Made by a program: the position numbers and the translations under genes. Below, in pieces: positions 25,501 to 37,113 of a stretch of 64,000 nucleotides of DNA (positions are counted from its first letter, which is position 1; every line of letters starts with the position of its first letter). Source of the stretch: Takakia lepidozioides (lineage: Eukaryota; Plantae; Bryophyta); the NCBI GenBank assembly GCA_030704615.1, contig CM060731.1, positions 88,102,001 to 88,166,000 on the forward strand, written 5' to 3'. The notes under the pieces were generated by a model. The model saw nothing but the letters and a program-made list of their open reading frames with translations. It was not told the origin of the DNA and did not search any database.

Positions 25501-26666
25501 GGGTTTCGTCTTCAATTATACTGGGACATGTTATATGATATGCCCTTTGAAGCTCTTTTTGTAGTGTCTCCTGCCTCATAATGCGGTGCTTCTCCATGTC
25601 CACTTTATCCAATATGTTAATATTCTCCACCTGGAACAGATCCATATATGTGTGCATAAATCCTTAAAAAAACAAATGACCATCTCAATTTTTATAAGCC
25701 TCATCCCCAGCTTCCAGTTTTGATGGTCATTTGTTTTTTTAAGTTATATACGCATGTGTGGATATGTTCCAGATGGAAGATATTAGCATTGGAAAAATAA
25801 GAGTTGGAGAAGCACCTCATTACGAAGCAAGAGACATTACAGAAGACCTCAACATGTTGAACATCTGGATGAAGAATCTTGCCCATCGTCGCTTCAAAGT
25901 TCTAGCGCTTATGAAATGATCACATGTTTGTTGGTGGAAGCAGATCTCGTAGGCCACATTGATCTCATACCCATCGAAGACTCCCGTAGGCCACATGGAA
26001 CGGTTCATGTGATACATTTTCACAAATGCGATGTGATACATTTGTGAAATGGTATCACATCAACCGTTTAATGTGGCCAATGCACGTCTTCCACACCATG
26101 GCGGAAATGTTTGTCACTTGAAAGCACAAACACAAATAATCCGTGCAAACAATCTCAAGAATCATATGTACTGCAAGGTGTTTCATACTGCCGATGTTCA
26201 TGTAGCAGAATTATTTAGGAATCATTTTGCTACTCCCATGCCAGCAACATCAGGTCCACTGCGACCGCCATATTCCGAATTCCGTATCAGCCACCACGGA
26301 CATGAAACCAGGAATTTCGCACAAAATTTCCAATTCATTCAATTCATGGTGGGTCATGGCTGCAGCCTGCAAGCTGGCCGGGGTGGCTGATACGTCCGTT
26401 TGAACATGACAGTCTCAGAGGATGTTGGCATGGGAATAACAAAAAGAGTACTACAGAATTTAGCTAGAGGAACAACAATAGCATGAGACACCTTACCGTA
26501 AATATGATTGTTGACATTGGTTGTGACAGCTCCAATCAATAGAGAACTCGCACCATCAGTTGTGCTCCAACAGCAGTACCGGTTCCCCGAGTAAATAAAA
26601 TTCCGTTCTAAATAATAAATTGCATACGCTCGAACCTCACAAATATCATTTCAACACAACCAGCCG

Positions 26667-27047
26667 TGTATTGTGGCACTGTTTGTAACTGCGAATGTTC
26701 AATGTTTCTGACAGGGTACTGAGAAAATGATATATTGGATCCATAGGAGTTAGACAACAAACGTTCTATATCTCATTCAACTGTGCGATACTACCATGAG
26801 TGGCATGGATAAAAAAGTAATAGGTGTACATGCGACCTCCGCACGTTTAAGTAGAGACCTAGTATCAAACGTTCGGAGGTCGCATGTGCACCTATTACTT
26901 TCCGATCCATGCCTCTCATGGTAGTGTCGCACAGTTGAATGAGAGGAGACGTTTGTTGTCTAACTCCTACGGAACTAATACATCGTTTTCTCATAACCCT
27001 ATCCGAAACCTTGGAACATTACAAATATAAACAGTGAGCCAGTACAC
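26667..27047. repeat. Long foldback inverted repeat (~180-bp arms, short loop near 26850-26866)
   Basis: GGAGTTAGACAACAAACGT...CATGCGACCTCCG pairs with CGGAGGTCGCATG...ACGTTTGTTGTCTAACTCC. Confidence 0.85.
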
Positions 27048-27280
27048 AAACCATTTATGTTGCGATGACAGGTGCCAGGGTCGAGCATATGCAATGTAGT
27101 ATTTACAATGAGACTTTATTTATTACATGCACGATCAAAATTGAATTATGTTTTCATAAAAGAACCATTGTACCGCCAGAAATCTCATATCTACGAGTCT
27201 ATGGTCTACTCCGTCCTATATACGTCTTTCGGCTCAGGCCAATTGAATGGCTTGCCCATGAACCGAAGTACTACATGGGT

Positions 27281-28071
27281 TCATGTGACTCTCTCATTCT
27301 TGTTGTTGTCGTACAACCTTTGTAGCATTGAATGCCAACAACCTCCCGTAAATTGGTCCTGGAACATACTTTGATCATAATGAGCGCCGCCATTTATTTG
27401 TACCGCTATCTTCCCAACGGCAAAGGCCTCCGACGTCATGTCCTTGGGGGGGGGGGGGGGGGGGGTGGTATTCGCATTGAAAACCGATGCAATATCTTTT
27501 TCCACCCACCATCTTTTCGCGAGTTCCCGGTCCAGCTTGTCTTGGTTTTCAAACTGATACGGCGAGGCTTTGCGTATGCCCAATGGGGTGGCTAAGCCCC
27601 AATCATACACAATCTTGATCTCCTCGGTGCCATCTGGAAAATGCAACAAGATGTTGTTGGAGGACAAGTCGATGTGCATGACATCGTTCTTGTGGACAAC
27701 ATCCATGATGCACACCAGTGCCCATGCAAGTTTACTGCGCACTTTCCGGAAATGAAGCAAGCGATCGCATTCTTGGAACTCTGCTTCCGTTCCCCTTTGT
27801 TCCAAAATCACCCTATTGTCCGAATCGTTGCCCCATTTTCTGTCAAGGTTCATCATGTCGCGTATTGTCCCCCCATTCCACCAGCCAGTGTAACCCTCTA
27901 CCTCACGTGCATTCACAGCAAAATACGAGATAACACCCGGATGTTGGAACTTCACTGCCAAACACTCGTCGTTATGTTGTCTCAACGTCTTTTCTGGATT
28001 TTTGGACTTGGGGTTTTTTTCCCGCTAGCTCCCAACGCTCCGGTATTCTAGAATCGCTAATAATCCTACAG
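27281..28071 (-). pseudogene. C-terminal part of a protein kinase gene split by the Ty3 copy B insertion
   Basis: ELAGKK (subdomain II-like), FQHPGVISYF, VMHIDLSSNNILL (catalytic loop), DWGLA (DFG-like). Starts at the TSD (TACAG 28067-28071). Confidence 0.85.
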
Positions 28072-29872
28072 TGTCGCGGCCCTTTGCCTTGAGGGCAGGG
28101 GGTCAGGACACAAAAGGAGCTGCCCCTGTGGTGGGGGCAGTGGCAACGATAGGTATGGGGGGCTGAAGCACCCTTGAGTGCCCAAGGCACTCAAGGAGGC
28201 AGAGGCGCTCACTAGGTGGAGCCCCGCACACCGGGTTGCGGTGGGGGTGGCTCCACAAGGGGTGGTGGTAGCTTAGCGGGACTTAGTGGGGGTGGCATAG
28301 GACTCACCATGGGGCAGAGACCTCATGGTGGGAGTCGTGGGGAGTCTTGGGACTCATCACGGTCCATAGGGGCCGAGGTGGGTGGGCCAAGACTCACCGC
28401 GACTCATCACCGGGAGTTGAGGGTGTTCGTGGTGGTTCGCCATAAAATGGCATGGTTGTTTGTGAAACCCCCGCGGACAGCTACAGAAGTATATATAGGG
28501 AGTAGTAACCCCGAGAACGGTGCAAGCCCGTTGGTGACCAAAAACTAGTGAGTAAGCGAGCGAGCCGGAAAGCGACCAAAGAGTGGGGAGCTGTTCCGGA
28601 CTGCCAACTACCAAAGGGAATTCCGTTGGTTTGAAATCGTTGGAGGGTTCTTTGGGAGATCAAAGGGGGGACCGTTATGCCCCGGTGAGCAGCCGGAGCT
28701 CCAAGTTGGCCCGGCGGCCAGGTTGGGAGTTAGGCGCGCGCATCAAGCGAGTAACTATGACTTGGGGGGAGAGCTTACCGAAGTGAGGTGCGCGACACTT
28801 GGTATCAGAGCTTAGAGTTCAGTACGTGATCGTCCTTGGGATTGGCCTTATCATGGGGTCGGGCAAGCCAAAGCGAAAGCGGAACGGCCCAAAAGATGAT
28901 GATCCTGGTGAGCCCGATGGGGGCAACGTGTCACCGAGGCGGCCGTTTGAGGAAGCGATGCTTGTTTCTGAAAACGAGGCCGCTCAAGAGCGGGAGGAAT
29001 CTGAGGAGTCGGAGCCTGAGGAATCCCTGAGAGCTCCGACCGACCAACAGATGCCTCCCATGCCGACAGCCTTTTGGGAAGGGTTGTTGGAGCAATTTGG
29101 CGGGACGTTGAAAGACGTGTTGAAGGCGGCTAATGTCACTTCCACTAAGGCTAAGTTTAAGGTGAAGCCTAAGGAACCCGACACCTTCGAGGGCATCCAA
29201 AATCGGAAGGCACTCAACACCTGGCTCTTGGAGCTAGAGCAGCACTTCCGGGCGGCCAAGTTGAGTGACGAGGATCGGGTGGAAGTGGCTCCCACCTATT
29301 TGAGGGGCTATGCTCAACAATGGTGGCAGAAACGCCTTCACGACCGAGGTCCAAGCCCGGAAACCTTGAACTGGAGTGGGTTCAAGGAATTGATGAAGAG
29401 GCAGTTTGTGCCCCTCAACGCGTCCTGGCTCGTCCGGGACAAGATGAGGAGATGACATTCGGGGATATGTCCAGGCTTTCAATGTGCTGTTGCTCAAAGT
29501 CGCGGACATGGCAGAACCAGAAATGGTCTTCAACTTTGTGGCGGGACTGGCCCCATGGGCCAGGCGGAAGTTGGAGGCCACCTAAGACTTTGAACAAGGC
29601 AATTGAGAGGGCTGAATGTTTCTTGGATGTCCCTAAGGGTGAAAGACAAGGCCGTACGGAGCTGAACCACAAGAAGACCCGGCGGGAAGGTGACTCCTTC
29701 CGACCGGAAAAGAAGTGGGATAGACCACGCGGCAACAATGGCACGTGGAAATTGAAGGGAGGGCCTTCACAAGTCAAGGCGGCACTCGGTGCTTCGAAAT
29801 GAAATGTGGGTGGAGCGGCCTATGGCGGACAGAAGGCGACCTTTGATGGAGTGTGTTTCAATTGCGGGGAGC
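28072..29872 (+). mobile_element. Ty3 chromovirus copy B, 5' half: 5' LTR 28072-28797, PBS 28800-28811, gag from ATG 28853 broken inside the Zn knuckle
   Basis: TG...CA LTR, TGGTATCAGAGC, gag ORF pieces 28799-29455 and 29320-29802. Ends at GVCFNCGE (29872). Confidence 0.92.
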
Positions 29873-30379
29873 GCTGGCCATCCACCACCAGTGTATCTGA
29901 CAGACTGCTGCTGCTACATGTGCCCCCAGAGTTCTCCATACCCGGGCAAAAGCTGGCTTCCTCGACAGCCAGCGTTCCACACAGGAGCACTAGCGCCACT
30001 CCAACTCGCCATAGCCACATCTCTTCCAAAAACAAATAGAAGCACCCACAATTCCAGCACCCAGATGAAGATCACCAAAACCCACACTGAAGAGCGCCCA
30101 AATTCAAAGACTCCAAAGGCCAATTTCAAATAGCTGAAACTAAGACCCCATAGCCACCCTGCTTTGGAATTCAATACCAAGCCCTGCACCAAACCCAGCG
30201 GGACAGGAGAATCGCCCCAACTTTTCTCCCTTCAATTCACCCCATTCTTGCTTCATCTCACCTAAGGACAGAATTGGTTCAGATGATCCTGAGCCGAGGC
30301 ACTAGAAGGTCCGATATCACAGTCCTGAGGTGAAGAAAATCCATGTATGAGTTGTAGGAAACATGTACACGCCGAAGCT

Positions 30380-31430
30380 CGGAAATTCGGCACCGCATTC
30401 CATTTTCTCCATGAAGCTTTTTCTGGCAGCTCCCTTTCCTCCGTTGTCGTCGTAACGGAAATGCTGTACAACATTTCATTTCCTGACATGGCATTACCAT
30501 ACTTCGAATTTGAAATGCGTTGCAACACCATATTCGACCTTGAACTATCCAAGCATGTCCAGTCGCTAATGCTTGTCCATGTCCATACTTGAAATGCGGC
30601 ACCGCATTTCCATGTCCGTCATCGAAATTTCGTACCGGACAATGAAATGCGGCACAACATTTCCGGAGAGCACAATGGAATGCGGTGCCGCATTTCCGTC
30701 GAAGGGTATGGAATTGGACAAACAACGATGGAAGTTCTGGAAATGCGGCACCGCATTTCCATGTCTGTCATCAAAATATCGAATCGGACAATGGAATGCG
30801 GTGCCACATTTCCGTCCATCAAGACGGAATGCCCACACGGGTCTGGAATTGGACAAACAACGATGTCTGTTTTGGAAATGCGGCGCCGCATTTCCCATGT
30901 GGGCAATTGAAAGTTTTTATAGGACAATGTAAGTTTTTATAGGACGATGGAATGCGGTGCCGCATTTCCATCAAAGGGTCTGCAATTGGGCAAAGAACGA
31001 TGTCCCTTTTGGAAATGCGGCGCCGCATTTCCATGTACGTCATCGAAATTTCTTATTGGACAATGGAATGCGGTGCCCGCATTCCCGTCTAGCATCATGG
31101 AATTGGGAGCCCAAGAACGTCGATGGGGTCTGCAGTTGGAAAAATGTCCATCTCCAAAAGGTAAATGCGGCACCGCATTTCCATGTTCGACCTCCGCATT
31201 TCGATTTACATCCATGGAAGGAGCTGGCAATCGGCAAAACTGCCGTGTCGGAAACGGAAATGCGGCACCGCATTTCCGTTTGTCCGAACAGTTTCTGATG
31301 TCCAAACCATGAAACGGAAATTTGTTCTTGCCCCGGTTTTGGAAATGCGGTGCCGCATTTCCAAAGGAGGTTTTTTGCAGTTGCCACATTTCCGTTCAGA
31401 CATTGAAATGCAGTGCCGCATTTCAGATTT
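30380..31430. repeat. Second array of the GGAAATGCGGYRCCGCATTTCC palindrome, downstream of the MTase gene
   Basis: Cores at 30594, 30647, 30680, 30743, 30796, 30878, 30952, 31015, 31068 and onward. Spacers differ from the 9-11 kb array. Confidence 0.92.
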
Positions 31431-31562
31431 TGGGAGGGACCAGGTTTGGACGATGTTGTCGTTTAGAAGCACATGGGAGAGGGGACATGAAGGACGGGGA
31501 GAATTCCATTTTATATACTCTGGAATTGAATTTAAATGTACAGAGAGTTCATTAAAATTGTA

Positions 31563-32942
31563 TTAATCTTGAAAATCATCACTACTGTCGGCCTGTTCTT
31601 GACTGTCCTGCTCCGCCTCCACCCCGTCATTGCCTTTCTCATCTCCAGCGGACTGGTCGTTGGCCAGGCTTTCGAAAATCCCATCTTCACCTTGCGGAAC
31701 CGACCATCTGACCTCCGTTGGCTCGTCGTCCTCCCTGTCTGCATCGCTCTCATCCGTTGAATCACATATGAACTTTCGCACCCGTCTACCTGCCTCAGCT
31801 GTTGCTAACTCTTTCCTTATCCTTCTGTCCTCCCTAGCCCTCTCCAAAATCTGCTCTACTTTACTGGGATTCTCACATCGTCTAATCGCTGTATTTGTGA
31901 GTTTAGCTGCATAACTAGGAAGGGAGTAGTCCTTCACCGGGCTCGTCATGAAGTCGGCCCTCGCAAAGAACGGGACATTCTTCCTGGCAGGAAGTGTAGG
32001 CCTTACATGTTTCGACCCGGATCCTCCAATCCTGCATATAACAATCACCATAGAGACCAATGAGAACCACAGTCCGGAAATGCGTTTGACAAAAAATCAC
32101 CCAGAAGGCTTTGCAAACTTACAATGTTTGCACTCACTCGTATTCCGGGTTCTCCTCGGCATCAATGTCCACTGTCTCTTCCTCCGACTCCGACGAATCC
32201 GAGGAGTCTTTGACTTCGATGGGAGCCTTCACATTCCGTTGCAGCCCTTCCAGATGGGATCCCCAGACGCCTGTGTCCTCCTCGTAGGCAAAGAGGTGCC
32301 GGTCGGAAAACCGCCCAACCCACATTGAGGCACCTGTTACAATGCCATCCACACATTATGACATGGCCCTTCAGATGTTGCGAATGAAAGCATAACAAGA
32401 GTTTGCAGAAAAACATACAACAAGATTTTGCATACCTATCCCACAGATGAGGTCGAGCACTGTGCCCTCCACGTCAATGCATGTCTCAATAATTGTCTGA
32501 ATGAAGGCAGGGCTCCGAGTGCGTGAATACCGCAGGGGTTCAGTTGAAGTGAGGCTATGAGGGAGAAGTTCCGTGGGAACGTTGTTGAACAGGACGTCGT
32601 AATCGATGTGTTCGATGCATACTGCTTTGTGAAGGAGAACTCCACCTTTGCTTTCCGGAAGGAGGGATTCGTCTGCATACACAGTGGGGAACGATTAGAA
32701 ATCGAATGCGGCACCGCATTTCAAGACTCCTAAGAAAATGAAAGAACGAGTGCCAAGGTCGTAATTACCTTCTTCCCTTCTGACCGAAGGCCCAATGTGT
32801 TGATGCACGTCCACTTCTTCTTCAGAATTGGGACGGCGCTCTTGCGGGTCCACTTCGCAATTCCTGTCTGCGTGTTTTTACCTCTGCTCGCCAGGACAAC
32901 CACACAGCCTCTGTCGTCCAACACCATGCGGGCGATATTTAA
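31563..32942 (-). pseudogene. 3' part of the ParB-MTase fusion gene (SAM-binding region and acidic tail), 4 exons
   Basis: LNIARMVLDDRGCVVVL at 32942-32890. RSPAFIQTIIETCIDVEGTVLDLICGIG splices (intron 32334-32435) in frame to ASMWVGRFSDRHLFAYEED. Intron 32032-32137 splices in frame to the acidic last exon ending 31563. One apparent frameshift near 32660. Confidence 0.78.
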
Positions 32943-32946
32943 AATA

Positions 32947-33350
32947 AAGCGACCGCCAATATGGTGGTCGCATTATTCTTAATATTAAAAAGAAATACGA
33001 CCGCCAGTACGGTGATCATTTTTAATCTTTATATTTTCAAGTTAAAGCGACTGCCAGTCAGGCGGTCGCTTTTATTTTAAATATTTTTAAATTTATGCGA
33101 CCGTCAGTTTGGCGGTCGTAAATATTATTTTATTTTAAAATAAGCGACCACCGGTGTGGCAGTCGCTTTTATTTTCATATGTCGCTTGTTTTTTTATATA
33201 ATTTTAAAAATTAACCGACCGCCATATGGCGGTCGCTTGTTTTTTTATATATTTTTGAAATTAAGCGACCGTCAAATGGCGGTCGCTTGTTTTTTATATA
33301 TTTTTGAAATTAAGCGACTGCCATATGGCGCTCGCTTGTTTGCGGTCGCG
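32947..33350. repeat. AAGCGACCGC/GCGGTCGCTT palindrome array (other fragment of the split array)
   Basis: About 8 units in AT-rich spacers. Confidence 0.88.
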
Positions 33351-33454
33351 TTCATTTTGTTAATCTTCAAAATGTATTTGTCACCACCACCGTATCGGCG
33401 ACGTGGCTGCTTAAGTGGCAGTATTTTATCTAGTACTATTTTTATTAGAATATT

Positions 33455-35480
33455 CCCCGAACCTGACGTGACGGAGGTCCCGTCAGCGTCAGGTCTGACG
33501 TGACGCTGATAACCGAGGTTTTCTTTACGTACCCTGGAATGGTTGAGCAGCAGCGATAACGTTGTATAAGACGCGGGGCAAGCCATACGTGGCTTACACA
33601 GCGTTATCGCTGCTACTCGACCGTTCCAGCATGTTAAGGATTTTGGACCATATTACTGGATATGATTAGTCGATGTGGGAGTAGCTCTATGAGCTGCATG
33701 TTGTTTGCAATACGAGTGATGTTCCAACCGATGTGGCACGAACTTTCTCTTGAGATGCTCAGAAGTATTATCATCTTGGCCGGCCCATTCCAAGAGATCA
33801 TTGTTCGTCTTCAAGTCGAGATGTTTATGAGATGAGGAGGAATCCTTCTACTAAGAAGTTCTCTATAATATTACAAACTTTCCTCCTCTTTCATATGTTG
33901 CGCCTCCGGTTCTTGCTCAAGTTGTTGCAGATCCTCTTGCTATCCATGATAGCTTTGACATTAGCTTAGATCTTTCTCAGGTAGAGCAGACTGATGATGG
34001 TCGCTTGGAGGAGAGTTTTAATATTCCAGATTATCACTACTGCAATTTGGGGGGGTTAACGACGCCCACCCACCGCGCGATGCTGAAGAATTAGCGACGT
34101 CCCAGGGGTCGCTCCAATTCCGATCGACCACCGAGGGGTCGCTATCTCCCATTACCACTGGGCTACAACTTGGTTGTCAACGCCAAACACTGTCTCTAGC
34201 GAACACCTCCAGCAGGCCAGAATTGATCACATGCCATTGGGCCCCTCGTTGACCATGAGCTCACGGTCGCAAGCTCTTCGTATTGGCAGTGCAAATCAGG
34301 CCACAACATCACATCCCTTGTCCTCGGACAGTGACGACTAGGCTTTTAATGACTGACAACGTAGTACATAGACAATGTGGATTCTTGTTGTACCTTGAAT
34401 TTGGAGAACACAGTGATAGCACTCCGCCAATTTTGTATATGCACCAATTTTGTTAATACACAATGCACATGTGCGGCACCTGCCAATTTCAATTGCATGA
34501 GCAGCGTTGACCACCTCGACAGCAGAAAATCCCAAAATGCCCAAGTCATTTGGAGCGACGCCCGTCTGCCATGGTGATTTCGGGTCGGTTTCAACATGCG
34601 CCCCCCTGGACGTCGGTCCGAAAACCGACGTCTTTGAAGTCGGCTTATGGTTTCTGGCCCCCAACCAACCCCCGGGGATCCATTTCAAGAACAAAATATA
34701 TTATTATAAATGGCTAGCGTCGTGCTGGGCATCGTCTTCAGTATCAAACTTGATTATTAAATTTTTGATTTTGATTTTAATTATTTTAATTCTCATTTTA
34801 CAATCTGGTTTTTGAGCAGAAAACCAGTAAGCGACCCCCGGAGGGACGTTCTTGCAAAGCCACGCCCTTCTGGTCGCTGTTAACAAAAGACCAAACCCCT
34901 ATAAACGACTCCTCGGGCGTCGCTAAGAGCACCCCAAAAAAAATTAGGACAAAAAACCTTAAGCGACCCCTACGGGTTGCCTGTAAATAGCGTCGGGTTT
35001 TCTTGAAACCCCAATAAGATATTGTTTTAAACTGGAAGCGACCCCCAGGGCGTCGCTGATAGTATCCAAAAAAAAAACACGGACATAAAACCGACAGCGA
35101 CCCTCTCAGGGTCGCTAGTAAACAGCGTCGGGTGTTTTTGAGACCCCAGTAAAATATTGTGGGAACTGGAAGCGACCCCCAGGGAGTCGCAGATAACACC
35201 CCAAAAAAATAAGACACAATAACCGACAGTGACCCCCTCGGGATCGCTGGTAAAAACAGCGACGGTTTTACCTGAAATCCTAGTTAAATATTGTTTAAAC
35301 TGGAAGCGACCCCCGGGAAGTCGCTGATAAAAGCAAAAAATCCTTAGGGCCAAAAAACCTTAAGCGACCCCCTCTGGATCGCTGGTAAAAACCTAGTTAT
35401 CATTCCTGACGTGACGTGGCGCTGACACGTCGGCCGTCAGGTCCGACGTCCGTCACGTCACGTCGAATCCGGACGTTTAC
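33455..35480. mobile_element. Probable non-autonomous insertion with TGACGTGACG-rich inverted ends and an internal GCGACCCC/GGGTCGC palindrome array (34830-35390)
   Basis: ACCTGACGTGACGG cluster at 33461-33508 mirrored by CCGTCACGTCACGTCG at 35405-35465. Interrupts the GCGACCGC arrays. Confidence 0.45.
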
Positions 35481-35599
35481 CCATGTAATTTTTTTTACAT
35501 TTGACTTTTACGATTTACTTCTACCCTTTGTAATGACATGGCAGCCACGGTGTAAAACAGACGTGGCCAATTATTAATATTTATTAATTCTTTAAAAAA

Positions 35600-35870
35600 A
35601 ATGAGTCCGCCTATATTGGCGGTCGCATATAATTTATTTTTTTAATAAAAGCGACCGCCCATATTGGCGGTCGCTTGTAATTTAATATTTTGTTAAATTA
35701 AGCGACCGCTAGTATTGGCGGTCGTCGGTAATTTATTTATTTTTAAATGAAGCGACCGCCCATACTGGCGGTCGCCCGTAATTTATTACAACCGCCTACA
35801 TTGGCCATGTGGCGGTTGCTCTTCTTGTTTTTATAAATATAGCGACCACCATGTAGCGGTCGTGTGTTTT
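35600..35870. repeat. AAGCGACCGC palindrome array upstream of the kinase
   Basis: Units at about 35650, 35701 and 35751. Confidence 0.85.
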
Positions 35871-36506
35871 TTTTTTTCTTAGAAATCCAGGGACCCGCCG
35901 TGTGGCGTTTTGTTTTTTATTTTTAACCATGAAGCGGCGCCTCGGCCAGCCACGTGGCAAGGTGCCACAGGTCAAGAAAAACGAAACAAATGGGATGGGG
36001 GGAGGTGGTTTTGAACCCTTGACCTCTCCCATGTGGGTGCGCGTGGCGAGGTGCGACTGGCCAGTCGTGCCGCGCTGACACGTGGCGAGGCGCCACTGGC
36101 CTGTCGCGCCTTTTCAAGCATAATGCCATTTTTTTTTGGGGGGGGGGGGCTAGTGGGTGCCTATATAAACCATTCCTCCCTCCTTTTCTGATCACTTTTG
36201 CCCCTCTTGTGGTGCGGTTCATTGGCATTCTGTAGTCCTTTCGGACTTCGTTGCTTGGCACTACCAACGGGAGGTGCAAAGGTGATTATTTGGGGGGGGG
36301 AGGTTTTTTTTTGCTATTGGTCAGTCCCACAACATTTGTTCCAAGGTACAATCATCGTATCACATTTTGCGTTTTCTGGATCTCCGACGGCCTTGGTTTT
36401 TATTTTTTGCAGAGAAAGAAAAAGAAAACTACGAAGACACCATCCACACGCGTTCATTGTCATTTTTCTGAGGTTTTGGACCCTGTAGTGGGCAAAGGTT
36501 TATACA

Positions 36507-37113
36507 ATGTCGGGGGTTGTGAATTCAAGTTATGGGGCGGGATCGTCTGGGGGGCGGAGGAAGAGAAAACGTGCCCACGAGCGGGATAGTCAGGTCAACA
36601 AGCCAGACTACCCGGGACCGGATGCCTTAAATAGGGTGAAAGAAGTGGTAGCGGATTATTTCAAGGGTAGGGACATGATGAGGCTGGAGAGTGCTTATGT
36701 TAGGCATGGATGGGAGGGGTTTCAGATTTTTCAGCAAAATATGGAGAGGAAAATGACAAACGTTTTGGCGGGGGCTAAGTGGACGGCGGACAGGGACAAG
36801 CCGAAGTTCAATCGGTGGATCCAAAGCAGGGCAAAAAACGCCACGTGGAATTTGAGGCAGCTAATGAAGACATGGAAGGGTAGAACAACCAAGGGTCGAG
36901 TGCCCTCCGCCGAAGCTGAGTTAATGCGGCGTGCTGAGTATTGGGTTTGCTCGGCAAATCAGAATTCACATCGCCGGACTAGGGTTGTCCCTTGGAAGGC
37001 GGGGTCATCGGGCGGGGGAGGCACAACTGGTCTTTATTACTTGAACTCTACTGCGAAGGTGGTAGAGATTGGCCCTTACAAAGAAGGAGGGTATGCTAAG
37101 GTCCGTCACTGTA
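36507..37113 (+). pseudogene. N-terminal part of the protein kinase gene (basic RRKRKR motif, Gly-loop)
   Basis: ORF ends IGPYKEGGYAKVRHC at CTGTA 37109-37113, where the LTR begins. Confidence 0.85.

Noticed and set aside
25500-26600. Coding remnant downstream of the kinase
   Set aside because: Only short ORFs with no motif I can recognise.
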